Source: Rhynchobatus australiae (Eukaryota). From it: DNA of 64,000 bases. The notes below the pieces were generated by a model. It did not search any database and was not told where the DNA came from. It worked only from the letters and a program-made list of their open reading frames with translations. This document shows positions 36,701-51,080 of the stretch, piece after piece (the stretch's first letter is position 1; every line of letters starts with the position of its first letter). The translations under genes and the position numbers were made by a program. Location: assembly GCA_034780895.1 (NCBI GenBank), contig JAUZTB010000118.1:77646557-77710556 (forward strand), read 5' to 3'.

Positions 36701-39700
36701 AGCTAAGAATTTAGAAAAACTGTTGGTTAGGCAGTTCAGGTCAGAGAAAAATAAAGTATCCAATTCCTTTAGTGACGGTCAACTAATTTTTATTTTGAGA
36801 TAATATGTGATTCTCTTTTTAGTTAACTGATCTTTCCCTTGTTAGAAAAATAACTTCCTTCATTAATTTTATAGGAAGAAAATTATAGCGGTNNNNNNNN
36901 NNNNNNNNNNNNNNNNNNNNTGAAATAATTAATATTGATTAAACAGAAAAATTGCAAGTAACTACAGTGAGACTTTAATAAACAAAGTATAAATGAACCC
37001 TATTTTACAAAATTTAAAAACATTCAAAACAAAGTATTGAAACATTAATTTTTACATTGTACTTTCTTTCAAAACCAGGCTCTTTTACACCAATTCACTT
37101 TTGGAACAAGGCATGAATTATTAAAAACAAATCATTGTAATTTGCCACAGAGAAGGTGGATTCGAAACAAATTGATATTGGCAGTGAATTGAAAACACTG
37201 TGAGACAATAAACTGGGAGGATCTTAATAAGAACTTTGATTGTAAATTGATTTGAACCAGGCTGTGCTGCTGTAGCTATAGCTATTGCGCAGTGTAAAAG
37301 CTGTAAAATCAACCTACCTTTTGTTCCAACCATAACAAAGGTCTGCATTGGGGTTTTCTTAACTCGATTTTTAAAAAAGAATATTTTGTATAATTATCTA
37401 AGTAAAACAAATGCGGTGTTGAAATATAATAATTTTTTTAAAATCGGCAACGTTAAATTTTTGGTGCTGCTCATCAGAAACCGAGTGACTGCATCGAATT
37501 GACTCACAAATCTCAGTCTTTATTTTTTTTTGCTGGCTTCTATCTGTCGTATCTCCTCTTTCATGCTTGTGTGATTATGCAAAGAAAATGCAGAAAGATT
37601 GAATATTTAGGAGTCACCAAGTAGATAAGTTTCCCTGCTTGCGACAGTGCCATTGAGTGCAGTCGCATAGTACTATGCTGAAATCTAATTCGTATGTGAC
37701 AATCGTAGCTATCAAAATGTGATGCTAATATTTTCAGACCATGAATTTAAGAAAGAAATTAACAGAGACAAAATCCCTGCCCTGGAACCTCAAGATATGC
37801 ACTTTCCAATACCAATCCAAAAATACACTAAACCATCATTGTGATACTATCTTTAGAAGCTAAAGACTCCTCAAGCAGCTGTTTCATATAGACTATTGGA
37901 GAGGGAGCTGTAAATAATGTTTGCTACGCCAAAGAACATTACGGTGTTGGAGGCTGATCTTAAACAGATATTTTATGTACTTTTTACATTGGAGAGAAAA
38001 AAGGTTAAGTATTGCATTTTGATCAGAGGTGAAATGTTTTACAAATAGTTTGAGACATCGTGCCTCAACCAAGCAGCCCATGAATAATATTGAGGAAAAA
38101 AAGGATTAAAAATCATTTGAGAGGAAAAGAATTCAGAATGGTTATTGTGCTCATCGTTTTCTCCTAACCTGACCCAAGGCAAAGGAACATATTCTAAATT
38201 ACATTTAAAGTCAAGGAATATCGCAAACAAGAACAAATGATGCAATTCCTGAGCACATTTCCTTTTTTTTTTATTCTGCACTTCCCCCTGAAAAATTGTG
38301 AACGGTGTCATCTTTCCCAGCCATATAGCGGTCAAAATACTCCTTCACCAGCCTCAGGGTTAACGGATATAAACTCTTTTGATTCATTCCAGAGCACAAT
38401 ATTCTTATGTCAGAGATCCATGCTGTGTGGAAGTTAGTTTTCACTCCAAATTATCTGCCTCCGTCTGATTTGGCTGTGCTAGTCAGGCGGTTAATGTTAA
38501 TAACATGGAGGATAGATCAAAGGGCTCTTTGCTGCCGATGAGCACAAGACATTTGATGTTTTGAGCAAGGAATTCTCCAAGACTGGAACATCCATTAGAA
38601 CAGGTGCCTTAGAGTGACTCCCCAAGCTCAGATTCTAAAAGATAATTTTTAAAGGCTTTGCAAAGACAAAGCACCTTTCATACACTGCCTGCTCAATAGA
38701 CAATAGCACAGATGAATGACACATTTTTACACATTATTATCCAACTTATTTTTCTCTTTCCTTCTGTTTTAAACCTTTAAAAACTTCCACTTCAGTTGAC
38801 TTGTCAAGTTACATGCAAGCCTAGTGACTTGAAACTATTGGTTTAAGTGTGTGTGTTTATAAAATGAGTTGTGCCTAAAAAGTCANNNNNNNNNNNNNNN
38901 NNNNNNNNNNNNNNNNNNNNNNNNNNNNNNNNNNNNNNNNNNNNNNNNNNNNNNNNNNNNNNNNNNNNNNNNNNNNNNNNNNNNNCAAACCCTTGGATGG
39001 AAAGTTCATTTCAGAAAAGCACCCTGGGCTTACTCTAAATATTGAATATAACAGAGACTTCATTCAGAAAGCTACGAGAAGTGGTTCCTGATATTCTCAC
39101 ATTACGTTGTATGTTGTTTTGGGACATTCACTGTAGCACACACCTCATTACAATATAAAAACACTTGGGGGTTTAATTTCCTCCCTATGCTATTTTTGGC
39201 ATTTGCATTAAACTCCTGTATGCACTATTTAATATCTTTATTAACCCATTTTATTTTAAATGGGTTAACGACTATATTAAAAAAGCACAGAATTGAATTT
39301 AACACATGCATTATTCAGCATGTTAAAACAGCAGGCAGAAAATTATTCCGCATATGTGTTGAAATTGTGTTACACAGTATTAACACATTCAGATGAAATT
39401 CCTTTCTCTCCTAATTTAATGAAGTGTTAGCCCATATATTTTATGTTTTAGTTAAAAAAATGGGCAGAGCGATTTCATAAAAATGCATTCGTTGCTAACA
39501 TTCAAAGTTTCCATGCTGCTGGCTCCTAAAAATAGAGCTGTATCAACAGTAGAATGTACCTATTAAGGCTGTTTTTTTTTGTAGTATTTTGGCATCAGTA
39601 TCATATTCTCTTGGGCACTGACCATGTGCCAAAGCGTCATACAGAAATGAATGAATGCGCAGTGGTGCTGAAATTTGTGCTGAGAGTGGTACCACCTGCA

Positions 39701-40439
39701 AGTGTTGATTTCACATTGGTAACCACGTGTATGTGTAACAGAATGAATGCACCTGGTGTGAAGCCTGACAGTAATTTAGTTTTGAAAGTTTATAAAAAAT
39801 ATAATCTAGGAGACTATGATACCACTATCTCTACTGCTGTATTTAAAAAGCACAGGCAATGCCGCAAGTTCTTTTCAATCATTAAGAGAACGTGACCAGC
39901 AGGCAGGCACTGGTAAGCAATGACCCATGTCTACTTTTCAGTGGACAGACACACAGCACTGCATTCCCCACTGTGATACAAGGCAGCGATGTTAACACCA
40001 ACATCTGATTGCGTTGGTTTTCAAATGCACCTAATATATTAAAAACAAAGTATTAAGTAAAAGGGTGTTGAGAACATTCATCAAGGAAACCAGAGGACTT
40101 CTTCACATTAAATTTCTCACTTACGATGTAATATACACCTAGGAATGAAGGATGCCTAACTTTGGTTCACTAACCTATTTTACACTGAGATTTTATACAT
40201 GTCGGGATATACATATTGCTGAGTACATTTTAATATTTCACAAATTATCAAAGAAAAAGACAGCAAGGTCATGAAATAACTTTTTTATTCATCAGTTAAA
40301 CAGACTGTGTAAGAAATTTGTAGGTATAAAACTAAACTTCCAAATTAAAATTTTATATTTTTAAATGCATGTTTTCTCCTTATTTGATGTAATTTATATC
40401 ATAACTAGATTATCACCAGGATCTCAGTAAAAATACTAC

Positions 40440-40780
40440 TGCCGATAATTCCCACTGTTCATTAATAGTGGCAGGTTTTGCCTGCATTGCTGGTCATTTG
40501 TAATGCCAACTGACAGGACATCGGAACATAAGCCTCCCTTTGGTAAAAGATGGAGTAGTGGAGGCACTACAACTCCTCTGTGTTCAGAGAATGAGGAATG
40601 AAGAACATAACTTCTAAAAACAGCATCCAATACTCATTGGTTCTGCTCTGGAGCAAAGGTTTGGTGCATTTCAAAGCAGATGGGATGAAGCTTTGTCAGG
40701 CTTATATAAAAATGAAATTGGCTGCAAAACAAGTGTAGTTGTGGTGTCAGTCCATCTTCCAGCATTTGTCCATTTGAGAA
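40440..40780 (+). pseudogene. Possible second Harbinger transposase remnant
   Basis: Reads EHNF*KQHPILIGSALEQRFGAFQSRW, compared with FNxxHSxxRxxVERAFGxLKxRW. The match is short. Confidence 0.35.
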
Positions 40781-43700
40781 GACTTGAGAGTGCACGGAAC
40801 TGGCTCCTTGCAGCAATCCTCTTTATGGGCACTCACCTCCACTTGAATAAAAGAATCAATTAGACTGAATCCCACTTGCACCTGAAAGACTACAAAATAA
40901 TTTTGAAATATAAACCACTGTTTTTTCTCTGAAGCCCAGGAAATGATTAATTCCTTTACTAGCACAATTTATTGCAGTAACGTGCTTTCATGATGACATA
41001 ACAATGACAATTATTATGTGATATTACCCTGGGAGAAGATAAAATATGCAAAATAGCACTGTTCTCACCTGTCACTTAATTGAAAATGTGCAGAAATTAC
41101 CACAGAGCTGGTCAAATCCACCCCTCAAGAACAAATGTGAAGAAAATGGCACATAAAGGGAGCTGTCTTCTGTGAATGATATGCAGAAATGTTTGAACTG
41201 TGTAGCTTAATGTGATACACTGAATTTGTTTGCTCAGTACGGTGCCGTCTCCATCAGTTTATAATTGCGTAGAGTCAGTTTGGGAAAAAGGAAACAGCCC
41301 TAGGGTCAGTGCAGAATATTTTATAATTTGAATATTCACAGACTGTAGAGATGTACAGAATGCTTTAATACTGTTACTAGTATATTTAACTTAATTGTAC
41401 TGAGTTAAGAATTTCTCTGGTCATTATATGCAAAGACAGCAGTTTGCAAAGAACTATTAAAGTTTGATTTTTCAAGTGAAATTATAAGCAGAAGAAATAC
41501 ATAAATAATCCTTTTAAACTGAGTAACCAGGGAAGTGATATATTCATATCCAGGCTAACCATGTCATAGAGGATTCAGATGATTTCTTCACTGATGGTTT
41601 ATGGTAAGTTGCTGTGCATTTGTAAAAATCATTTGTTATCTGCAGAATAGACTTTACTGGCCAGCTCTGGTTAGTCTGGTGTCTCTCAAATGATGAGACC
41701 TAAGAGTTTGTACTCGGCAGTCCAGTTTGGTTTGCTATTTCGTCCATTGCCTTGTAATTTAATACAACTCTTATCTTGTAATACTCCCTACATTCCCTCT
41801 TCAGCTTGCCCAGTTAAAGAAGAGCTTCCTTCTGCTGATTGGACCAAATTCCCCCTCCCCACTGCCCCCCCACCCCAGATCCAGTTCTGTGGTTTTAAGA
41901 CTTGGAAGAGAGGGAGTAGGGAGGAGGGATGAGGGAAACTGACTCCCAACTAACTGCAACCTGAATTGGGCCTTTTCTTCAACAACTGTTTGCTTTGGAT
42001 CAAAGTGAACTCTGGAGGAAATGGTGAACAGCTCCAATGGGAGTGGGTACCATATGGGATAAATTAGCAACTGCAACACTGGTCCTGTTTGAAATGTCTG
42101 ACTTGTTGTCAAGAGTGTGACCAGAAAGCACTTTTATCACATCTAGGGTGGGAGTGGGGAAGACATAGAAGTGTAAATGGTAAGAATTACTTAGAATCGT
42201 ATGATCTCACGGGAAGCAGAATATGATGTTTGGATCGTGCACGGAAGCTTAATGACCACCCATTTCTTTATTTTTTTAAATGATGTACACATTTGTTAAA
42301 AAACAGGTTTTCAGAAAATAAGAAAACAAAGGAAATATAGATTTCAGCATTTTAGCCTTACTCAGGGCAAACTGATGAACCCAAAAAATAGCCAATCAGT
42401 CTGATCTGCTTGTTAGGAATCATATCACGATTGTGATTTCTGTTGTCATAAATATTATTAAATTTACAAGAATATGTGGTGTTTAAATATCATTGGATAT
42501 GAAAATTAAAGTCCTGCATATTTGTAGCTAATGGTGTTGCTCAAGTTATTGATTCATTTTTTGTTTTCCTAATGGATCAAAGCTATAAGGGAGAACTAAC
42601 TATCAATTTAAAGTGGAGAAGGTTAACTTCCTGTCCTTTGTCTTGGCTAGGTTTTTGCTTTTTAAAGAAAAGATGGGATACAGCTGTCATTGAGCTGCTT
42701 TCGTAACTAAAAGAACAACAGTTCCAATTGCTTCAGAGATCTGTACGAGAAGAGAATGGTTCCGGGGCAGAAGCGGGCAAATGTAGTAATTCGAACTGCA
42801 AGCAATGTTTTTATTATCAGCAGAGAATTCAACCAATTTTGAATGAGAGCTGAGGAAGTGGGGGTATGGAGAGCTCGATCATGATTCATAAATTTCAGAT
42901 ATCTGAAAGTACGTTAATAAAATAAACCTTAAAAATAGCATTAAAGTGAAAAAGCCATCCACAGCCAGAGGGTCCGCACCATTTGAGGAATTCAAGATTT
43001 GAACTAGCTCTTGTTGCTTTCCTGTTGCCCTGCTACTTTGAAACTTTTTTAAAAAATCTTTGTACGATACCCCGTTTGGGAACTGCTCTTCAAAGCTTTT
43101 AATTGCGTCAGACTAAAACAAGTTCACACGTAACTCCACCCCTTTTGAGAAAATGGCCCACTTCTGCTATTGGGCAGGTGAAGGGGGGAGTTGGCAGATT
43201 ATAGAGAGTCCTAGAAGTGAGCCATGTCTCTCAGGAGGTTTACAGCACCTGAGATGCTTGCTTACAGATGTTCTCTCTGAATAGAGCAATAAAAATTTCG
43301 CTAATTTAGCTACCCGATCTACATTTTGGGCCTTTTGGGAAGTGTTCAATTCTGCTAAGTCATTTTCTGTGGAAGATTTAAATTGAGTTAATTGCATTAC
43401 TTTCCCACCGTATTTAATATATTTAGTATTGCACAACTTTTAAGTGCTGGAAATATTTTGTTCTTATTTGTATTACCTTATAATGTTTTAAAATTCAGTA
43501 GAAAACATTCTTATGACTGCAAAGCCATAATTCTACTGCAGTAAATGCTGTTTCTGCATAATTCATGCTTCTTATTTTTCTGTTGGGTATTATGTTTTTA
43601 TTGAGTTGGTGTAATATTTCACATTTTATGTTCTTATCTCTTTTTGGGTAATAACTCTCAGTTAATGGCTCTTAAAAATATTGTATTTTAATGATATCTC

Positions 43701-44062
43701 CTTGAAGACTTCATCTTTGCTGAACAGTTGGGGAACAAAGTAAAAATCAATATATAGGCCGCACTGTTACACAAAGTACTACCCTTGTCTGGTGAATTTA
43801 AATTTTGGAAAACTCCTGACTTGCGTTTAAACTAATACATCTTTTCTGATAAGCTATTAGTCAACAATGAAAAAAGTCAAGTTTTGAAATCCTATTTCAT
43901 GAATAATGTACAGTGGCAGATTTTACAGCTTCATTGCTTTAGTAAAGTGTGAAGAAAAATGGGAAATAAACATTGAGTTTTACATTGCATAAATTTTATA
44001 AGATGAACACACCGGTGTATAAATCACACTAATTTTTGTTTAAATTTAATTTTTTAAAAAAT

Positions 44063-44287
44063 TATTTACAGCATGGTAACAGGCCCTTCTGGCCCAACGA
44101 GTCCAAGCTGCCCATTTCAAACCCCAAATTAACCTACCTGTATGTCTTTAGAATGTGGGAGGGAACCGGAGCACCCGGAGGAAACCCACGCAGACACGGG
44201 AGAACGTACAAACTCCTTACAGACAGCGACAGGAATTGAACCCCAATCACTGGCGCTGTAATAGCGTTGCGCTAACCGCTATGCTAA
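44063..44287 (-). mobile_element. V-SINE (HE1-like), relatively young
   Basis: ggaaccggagcacccggaggaaacccacgcagacacgggagaacgtacaaactccttacagacagcg is nearly identical to the copy at 1-167 and retains CpGs. Confidence 0.92.
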
Positions 44288-44468
44288 TCCATCCCACTAA
44301 CCCCTTCCCTCCACTTTTATGCTCCTTCCAAAAATGCTCAGGAAGTCTTCTACACCAGATTTTATATTACATACAACCAGGTGCTGAAAATTGATTTTTG
44401 GGAATGATTCTTGCTCTAGAAAGACCCCCTCAACATTGTGCCTTGGGCTGTGTTTATGTAGGCTGCAT

Positions 44469-44818
44469 TAAAAACAGAAAATGTAGGAAAAAGTCAGCAG
44501 TTCAGGCGGTATCTGTGAAAAGTGAAACAGTTAATGTTAAAGGCTCTTCAACAGAACTGAGAAAGAGATAAACAAGTTAGTCTAAGTAGCAGAGAAGGTG
44601 GGAGAGGGCCACGGGTGGAACAAAGAGATTTTCTCTGACAGCGTGAAATATGATGGCCGTTAAGAAGCAGTTAAGCTCCTTTGACTGTAATGTGCTGCTC
44701 ATGTTGTAAAGTCTGCATAATGTTATTTCTCTTTACATAGACGCTGCCTGACCTGCTGAGTGTTTTCCAGCATTTTCTGTTTTTATTTCAGATTTCCAGT
44801 GTCTGCAGTTTTTTGATT
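44469..44818. mobile_element. Penelope-like element remnant with inverted terminal repeats
   Basis: Left arm aaaacagaaaatgtaggaaaaagtcagcagttcaggcggtatct is complementary to right arm agacgctgcctgacctgctgagtgttttccagcattttctgtttt, with a purine-rich spacer. Confidence 0.78.
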
Positions 44819-45289
44819 TTCACTTACATGGGCTGTGTTCCTTATAGGCATACTGGGCCATGCCAGGTCCATTGCCAGTGAAGAGCTTTGCAATTTTTGG
44901 TTACCCTTGAGTGGTTCCGCTGTCAAGAAGGATAATGGGGAAAGCAATTGGAAGGGAGGAAGCAAATGGGAGGGGCCAAGGTAGGGCACATGGTGATTTT
45001 CAGCAATAAAGTGGAGGAACATTGCTGCACTTCAACTGCACATTTCATCAAGTACTTTAAAAAAACTTGCCTCTGTGGTCACGGTGCCATTAGTATCCTT
45101 AAGGATGGCTAGTAAGATCTCTTGTTAGATGGGCTTTTTTGAAGGCAACTGTTTAACACCAGTTGCATTTTCAGAACTTACTCATTTGGAAATTGGTGAG
45201 GCAGTGTCATTTCCATTATCCATGACAACTTACTGACTTACAAGTGGATTTTGTGAAGGTGAAAGTAGAAATGGACACAAAGGCAAAGT

Positions 45290-45860
45290 AAATTAAGGCA
45301 GATAATCAGAGATGATCTTAAAGCTTACAGAGGTGTTGCAGGGATAGAAGAACTTGAGGGCTTAGGGAGGGAGCAAAAGAGTGTGGAGATTGGGTGGATC
45401 TTTAAAGCATTGTTCTGTACCTGAGAGGAGAGAGAGCCACTTTGACAGTCAGCTGGTGGGAATATAGGATGAGGAGGCATAAATAGTCACAAGTAGAGAT
45501 GGTAAAACAACAAATATATGTATTTACAAAGCAGTTGCAATATAGTGACATATCCCTTCACTGGACTGTTAACAATCAAAGTCTAACACTATCGCACATA
45601 GGGAGAGATAAGGGAGGATGACCAAAGCTTGCTCAGTAAGTACGTTATAAGGACTGACTTAAAAGAGGATAGAGAGGTAGAAGGGTTTAGGGAAGGAATT
45701 CTGCTTTAGGATCTGGACAGCTGAAGACACAGCTGCCAGTGGTGGAACAATTATATCTGAGGATGAGTAAGGATTGAGAATCTGAAGGTTTAAGGCTGGA
45801 GGAGTATAAGGAAATCAGCGGAGGGATTGAAAACAAGAATAAGAATTTAAAAACAGGAAC
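45290..45860 (-). mobile_element. L2-clade LINE fragments
   Basis: Purine-rich antisense L2 signature: gatgaccaaagcttg…ggtttagggaaggaattc…cagctgaagacacagctgccagtggtgga…gggattgaaaacaagaataagaattt. Confidence 0.7.
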
Positions 45861-48800
45861 CATATTGATGATGGTTGAAAGGAACATTCAGTGAACCCAG
45901 CAGATGGGAATAATTTTGAAAAGCATACAGAAATAAATTCCAATTGTTATCAAGTTCTAATGAGCAGAACATTAAAAAATACATTACAATGATAATGTGC
46001 GGGCAGAGAAACAGCCATTTCATATTTTAGCCTCTGAGCTGATTGCCCTTGGGTAGTGATGGCAAAGACGAGCATTTGCAATTACTTCCATTGTGCCTCA
46101 GAACTGTAACAGCTTGGGTTCCATGCAAGAAATCCAGAGTGCTCCAGGTTGTAGCGAGAGATCAGTTTACCTTGGCATGTCTGTGGCAAGAATTATAGAT
46201 AACCGCCTTAATAAAATTGGGTGCAGAGCTAAGCACCTTTAAAAGTGTCTTTATGTTAGAAAATCTAGTGAATGCTGCTTACAATGGTCTCTCACCATTC
46301 GCTACACATGAAATATGAGAGTTTACCTTATTCTAGTAATATCAGAGTATTCCAGTAATTCTATTCTAGAATTATATTCCATTCTAGTAATGCCTTTTTT
46401 CTTTGAGCCTTGTGAATAGGCTGTTCGATTCACTGAGCCCTGATTCTGGCTGGCGTTTGATTGCAAACACAGCTGGTGAGATGTAAATTGTGGAAAATGG
46501 TACTTGGAATTGACCTCACAATGCTCTTTTGAACCCAAACCATTAACATAGTGCCATATTTCAATCCTTGACCAGATTTTGCAGGTTACAGCCATTAGCT
46601 GCTGTTGTTGGGAAGGAACTTGCATGCTTATATGCAAGAAATACTACATGAGGATTAACTAGAATTGCCTGAGGACATTGAAGCTCAGTTTTCACCATTG
46701 GTAAATGTTCACATGTTGGTTCCAATAGTGATGGCTGATGTTCTGTATTTGCAGAGTCTTTTTGGTTCTTCATTAATGCTAGAGGCAGCCTACCTTATCT
46801 GGAGCCCAGCTATCAAGAAACATAACAATGGAGGCATTATTCCAAGCAGCATAGGTTATTGTAAACTTGTTCTATTTTCTACACACTGCTTAAAACAGTA
46901 AATTAATACTGTTGATCACTCACAACCTTGAACTCTAGGCTACAGTGTATTGATTCCCAACCAGGTGGGCATAAGCGTTGATCCTAAATTTAATTTCTAC
47001 AACTGTAATAGCAGATCAATTCACCTGTTTAGTTCACAGCCATTAGTGGATGTCTATTGCTGTTCAACATCTTGACTAGATGTGGTAAGAAATTACCCAT
47101 TCAAACATGAACAATGAGTCTAAGTGCAACTACACTTGGACTGGTCCTGGGCATTGAAATTGCAGTATGAGAATTTAGCAATGAAGGCTCTGACCCTTTT
47201 ATGGGAAATGTCTTTGCTGTTTCAAAGAGGTGTTGACCCTTGTCAAACCTAAAGGGAAGCTTCAGAGCAAGGTTCCTGTGCAATAGTTTGGAATGGTATT
47301 GGTATGAGGAGAACTTCAATTTTAAAATCCAGTTTCCATTTATATAGTGCTACTTGCTTGCATGAACATTGGTTGAGAAATGGGCAACTGCTGACCCTAA
47401 AGGAATGACTGTGCACTGATTGTTTAAAGAAGCATAGGCAACAGAATTGAGTCCGCTTATTTGGAGACCTTCCTTATCATGCCTGTGAAGCTTAGGGTTC
47501 TGCATTGGAACTGGAACAAAGCCTAACAACAAGCCTACAACTCCATAGCAGTCTGCCATGAAGACAGTTTTCACAGAGATTAGTGAGTATGATTTTCATA
47601 TAGCTCTTTTCCAGATTAAGTTCCTCAAGCATATTAATCAAACCTGCAAGTAGTCCCAATGGCTGGCGCGATGTTGGATTCTGCCAAATAGGCGGTCTGT
47701 TTACATCAAGATGAGAATGGCTTTTTTTAAATGTGGTTGGGAACACTGTCAAATCAGCAGTTAATTTGAATTGAATTAGTATTTTCTTTCTGTGGATCAA
47801 TGGCTTGACTCTCAAGAAGTTGCTTAAAATGTCCACCTGCATTCACAGCACAAAGGACTGGATTCCCAGCTCACTGTTTGCTCCCAATAAACATATTGTT
47901 CAACAAAGCGTTAATTGTGTTAACTTTTCAGTGCTTTTCAGCTGCTAAGCACTGATGTAAAGAGAGTTCTGCAGAGGAAAAAATATTTTAAACATACACA
48001 TTTCTGAAATATTGAAGAAAGATTCTCAAAACAACATTATCCAGCATTTTGGATGTCCTTTCATTAAAAGGACACAATCGAGACTGTTTAAATCAACCAA
48101 AAACTAAATTTTTTGACGGTGGAAATAATCTGACAAAAATCCTTTCACTTGCTTCCAGCAATAATGGCAATTACCAATGTAAATAATAAACAAGCCTCCA
48201 ATAGATGGCTGTGACCAGCCTTTTAAATGGAAACCAGCAACAATCTGTAACATATTACAAAAGAGCAAAGGGCATCCTAAAGAGCCAGCATGGAAACACC
48301 TTAATGGAAAGAAAATCCCACCTTGATCTTTTCGGGTGCAGTTCAGTAGAGATTGAGTTAAAGGAAAATTAAAGACATATTCCCTTTCTTTGATCATTCA
48401 GTTTTTTTTGCCTGTGAAATGTTTCTTCCTGTCAGTGGTGTGTGTTTCTAGGCTTCTATGTTATCCTGCTACTCTCTGTCCATCTGGGATTCATCCGTTA
48501 TTTACCCCACCTAGTCACAGTAGCCATTGTACCAAAAGGATGGAATTCTTCCTCTTGGGGTTAAAATTTAAAGCAGATTGGAAATATTTAACAGCACAAA
48601 GCTGACCAAAGAAAAATCTGATCACTTGCACCATTTTAACTAAAAAAAACTTTGAATTATATCAAGTGTACTTGATTTTTGCCAAGAACAGAGGAATGGT
48701 TTAACCTGGTGATGAGTTGGAATTGTATTTTGGCTTTGCTGTGAAAGCAGATTCTTACAGATGTTGATAAATAGTTTTTCCATGCCATCAGGCAGGGAAG

Positions 48801-49892
48801 TATATGAAGGAAAATTATTCAGAAGAATATCTTTGGCTTGTTATAACTTAAAGGCTCACTCAAAGATCTGTTATCCAGCAGTGAATTGGTGGCAGTATTC
48901 AAAGACAAGGGTAGTGATATTTGTGTGTTTGAGGAACCATATATACTAAAATAGCTTGAAATGCCTTTAGTACAGATACTTCAGACATTCCTTTACCAAT
49001 ATACATCATGTTTAGAAGTCCAAATCCATAAAGCCTGTACNNNNNNNNNNCTTATTGTCCTCCATAACTTTTCTTGAACAATCAAAATATGTTCTGTTTG
49101 TCTGCTATGCTGCTATAATAATTTTCATCCCAATATCTTTGACTTTTTTAGCCCTCATGCTTTTTAAGGAGAAATTTCTAACCGTTTTGTTTTCCTTGAC
49201 ACATCGTGTATTGTCTGGCTAATGCAGTTGTCTGGCTTTCATTTGGCTTTCTTCTCCTTGGTGGTTGCCTGCTGATCCTTGGCACCGCAGATCCTGCTGC
49301 TGTTAGTCTAGTGACTAGAAGCCAATCTATCTCTCAGCAAGTTGTTTATTTTCTGAATACACAGGGAGGAATCCCTGTAAATGAGTAAGTGTTACTTTTC
49401 ACTTATTTCCCAGCCAGCAGGTGGCCAAAAACAATTTTGCCTTAACTACCTTGGCATCTGAGATGTGAATGAAGTCTAATCTGTCATCCTGTCTTGTAAG
49501 ACCATCTTGAATATGACTCTGTACCCATGTTATTCTGAGGTCTGTGCAGTTGGAATATAGTTCTAATTCCTCAAAAAACAGGCAGAAAGCCAATGAGTGA
49601 GTCCAGTCTTAGCATGGATCCACACCTTGCAGAAAGGATCAGGCTGAGGGCAGGGGGAAGGGAAGAAATTGGGATGGGCATTATCCATCTTGTGCACTAA
49701 CTGTACATCATTATGCACAGTATCCAACTGAGTGTCATTTCTTAGGTTTTATATGATATGAAACTAATATGACAAGAATGGAAATGAACCATAGTTGGAC
49801 TAAAATGAACTGGCAAAATATAATTTGAAATTTGATTGGTGTGGACTGAGGTTATTGTTTGCTGTAGTATAAATCATCTTTCAGCTTTCTTT

Positions 49893-50270
49893 AAAAGAAG
49901 CTGGTATGCTCAACGGTTGGACAGCTGTGTGAATAAGCATATGGTCCTTATACCTTCAGTCTCTGGACTGGAGTCCAAATTAGACTTGAATGCTTAGTTT
50001 CCCTGATAACTCCAGCAGTTTTACTTAGAATNNNNNNNNNNNNNNNNNNNNNNNNNNNNNNNNNNNNNNNNNNNNNNNNNNNNNNNNNNNNNNNNNNNNN
50101 NNNNNNNNNNNNNNNNNNNNNNNNNNNNNNNTAACTCCAGCAGTTTTACTTAGAATAAAGTTGGGCAGAGTAGGTCCAGTTCCTGGTAAATGTGGACAAT
50201 GGTTCAAAATTGGCTGTAACAAATTGAAGTCTAATTTGAAAAAGCCACAAAGTTGACTTGGGAAGTGGAA
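49893..50270 (+). mobile_element. LF-SINE-like tRNA-derived SINE (interrupted by a gap)
   Basis: gaagctggtatgctcaa…; aagttgggcagagtaggtccagttcctggtaaatgtggac; aaattgaagtctaatttg resemble recalled LF-SINE segments in the same order. Confidence 0.4.
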
Positions 50271-50847
50271 AAAATGCAAGCTGATATAGTAGTAGAAAGC
50301 ATACAGAGCTTGGATTTGAATACTAAGCTGCTTGGAAATAGAGTTAGATGTTCATCTGACTTTGTCGTACTTGGTACTAACATTGGATATCAAAGTTCCT
50401 TTCAGTCCTCAATGCACATCTCCTTACATTAATCAGCATAACTTGCCATGCAAGTAAACTGTTAACTCTGACTTGGAACTGAATGTTTAAACCAGCAGCT
50501 GAACAATGTGAAATGCAAATGTAATCACATCAGAAATCTTAATCTTGTTACCAGAAACATTATTGAAGAGGAAGGGAAGTTTTGATTTCAGTCTTTCAAC
50601 AATAATCAGTACTGAAATTATGGCCATCTAGTCTGCAGTGTCTGCCACTTGCATTCTTTCTCCTGTTCCATGGGGTCAAACTTCTGTTGGGAACTGGACC
50701 AGATACTTCTCAGCCCTGTTGTCAAAGCTGACACCAGGTGAATTTTCAGAGCGTATGTCAGCATCACTAAGACCACTTCTTTCCATCCTTCAGCATATGT
50801 ACTTTCATCCATAATATTGTTACTTCTCAAGTTGATCTTAGCAATAT

Positions 50848-51080
50848 ACATTATTACTCTGATTATCCAGTATCCTCAGGACTTTTATGGTCCAGACTAA
50901 CAGATTTTCTGCACTTTTAAATATTACTCTTGTTGATATCCCAGCTCACTATTATTTAGCGTTTTAAAAATGTTAGCGTGGTATAATTTTTTAAGTGAAC
51001 CCAGTAAAATCACTTAAAAAAAAAGTTCCCAGAATATGGCCTGACATTGTAATATTCTCAGTCTAACGGAATTTTTACAG
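50848..51080. mobile_element. Decayed Tigger-like MITE
   Basis: Left end ttactctgattatccagtatcc and right end cagtctaacggaattttta form an imperfect inverted pair similar to Tigger termini. Confidence 0.4.
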
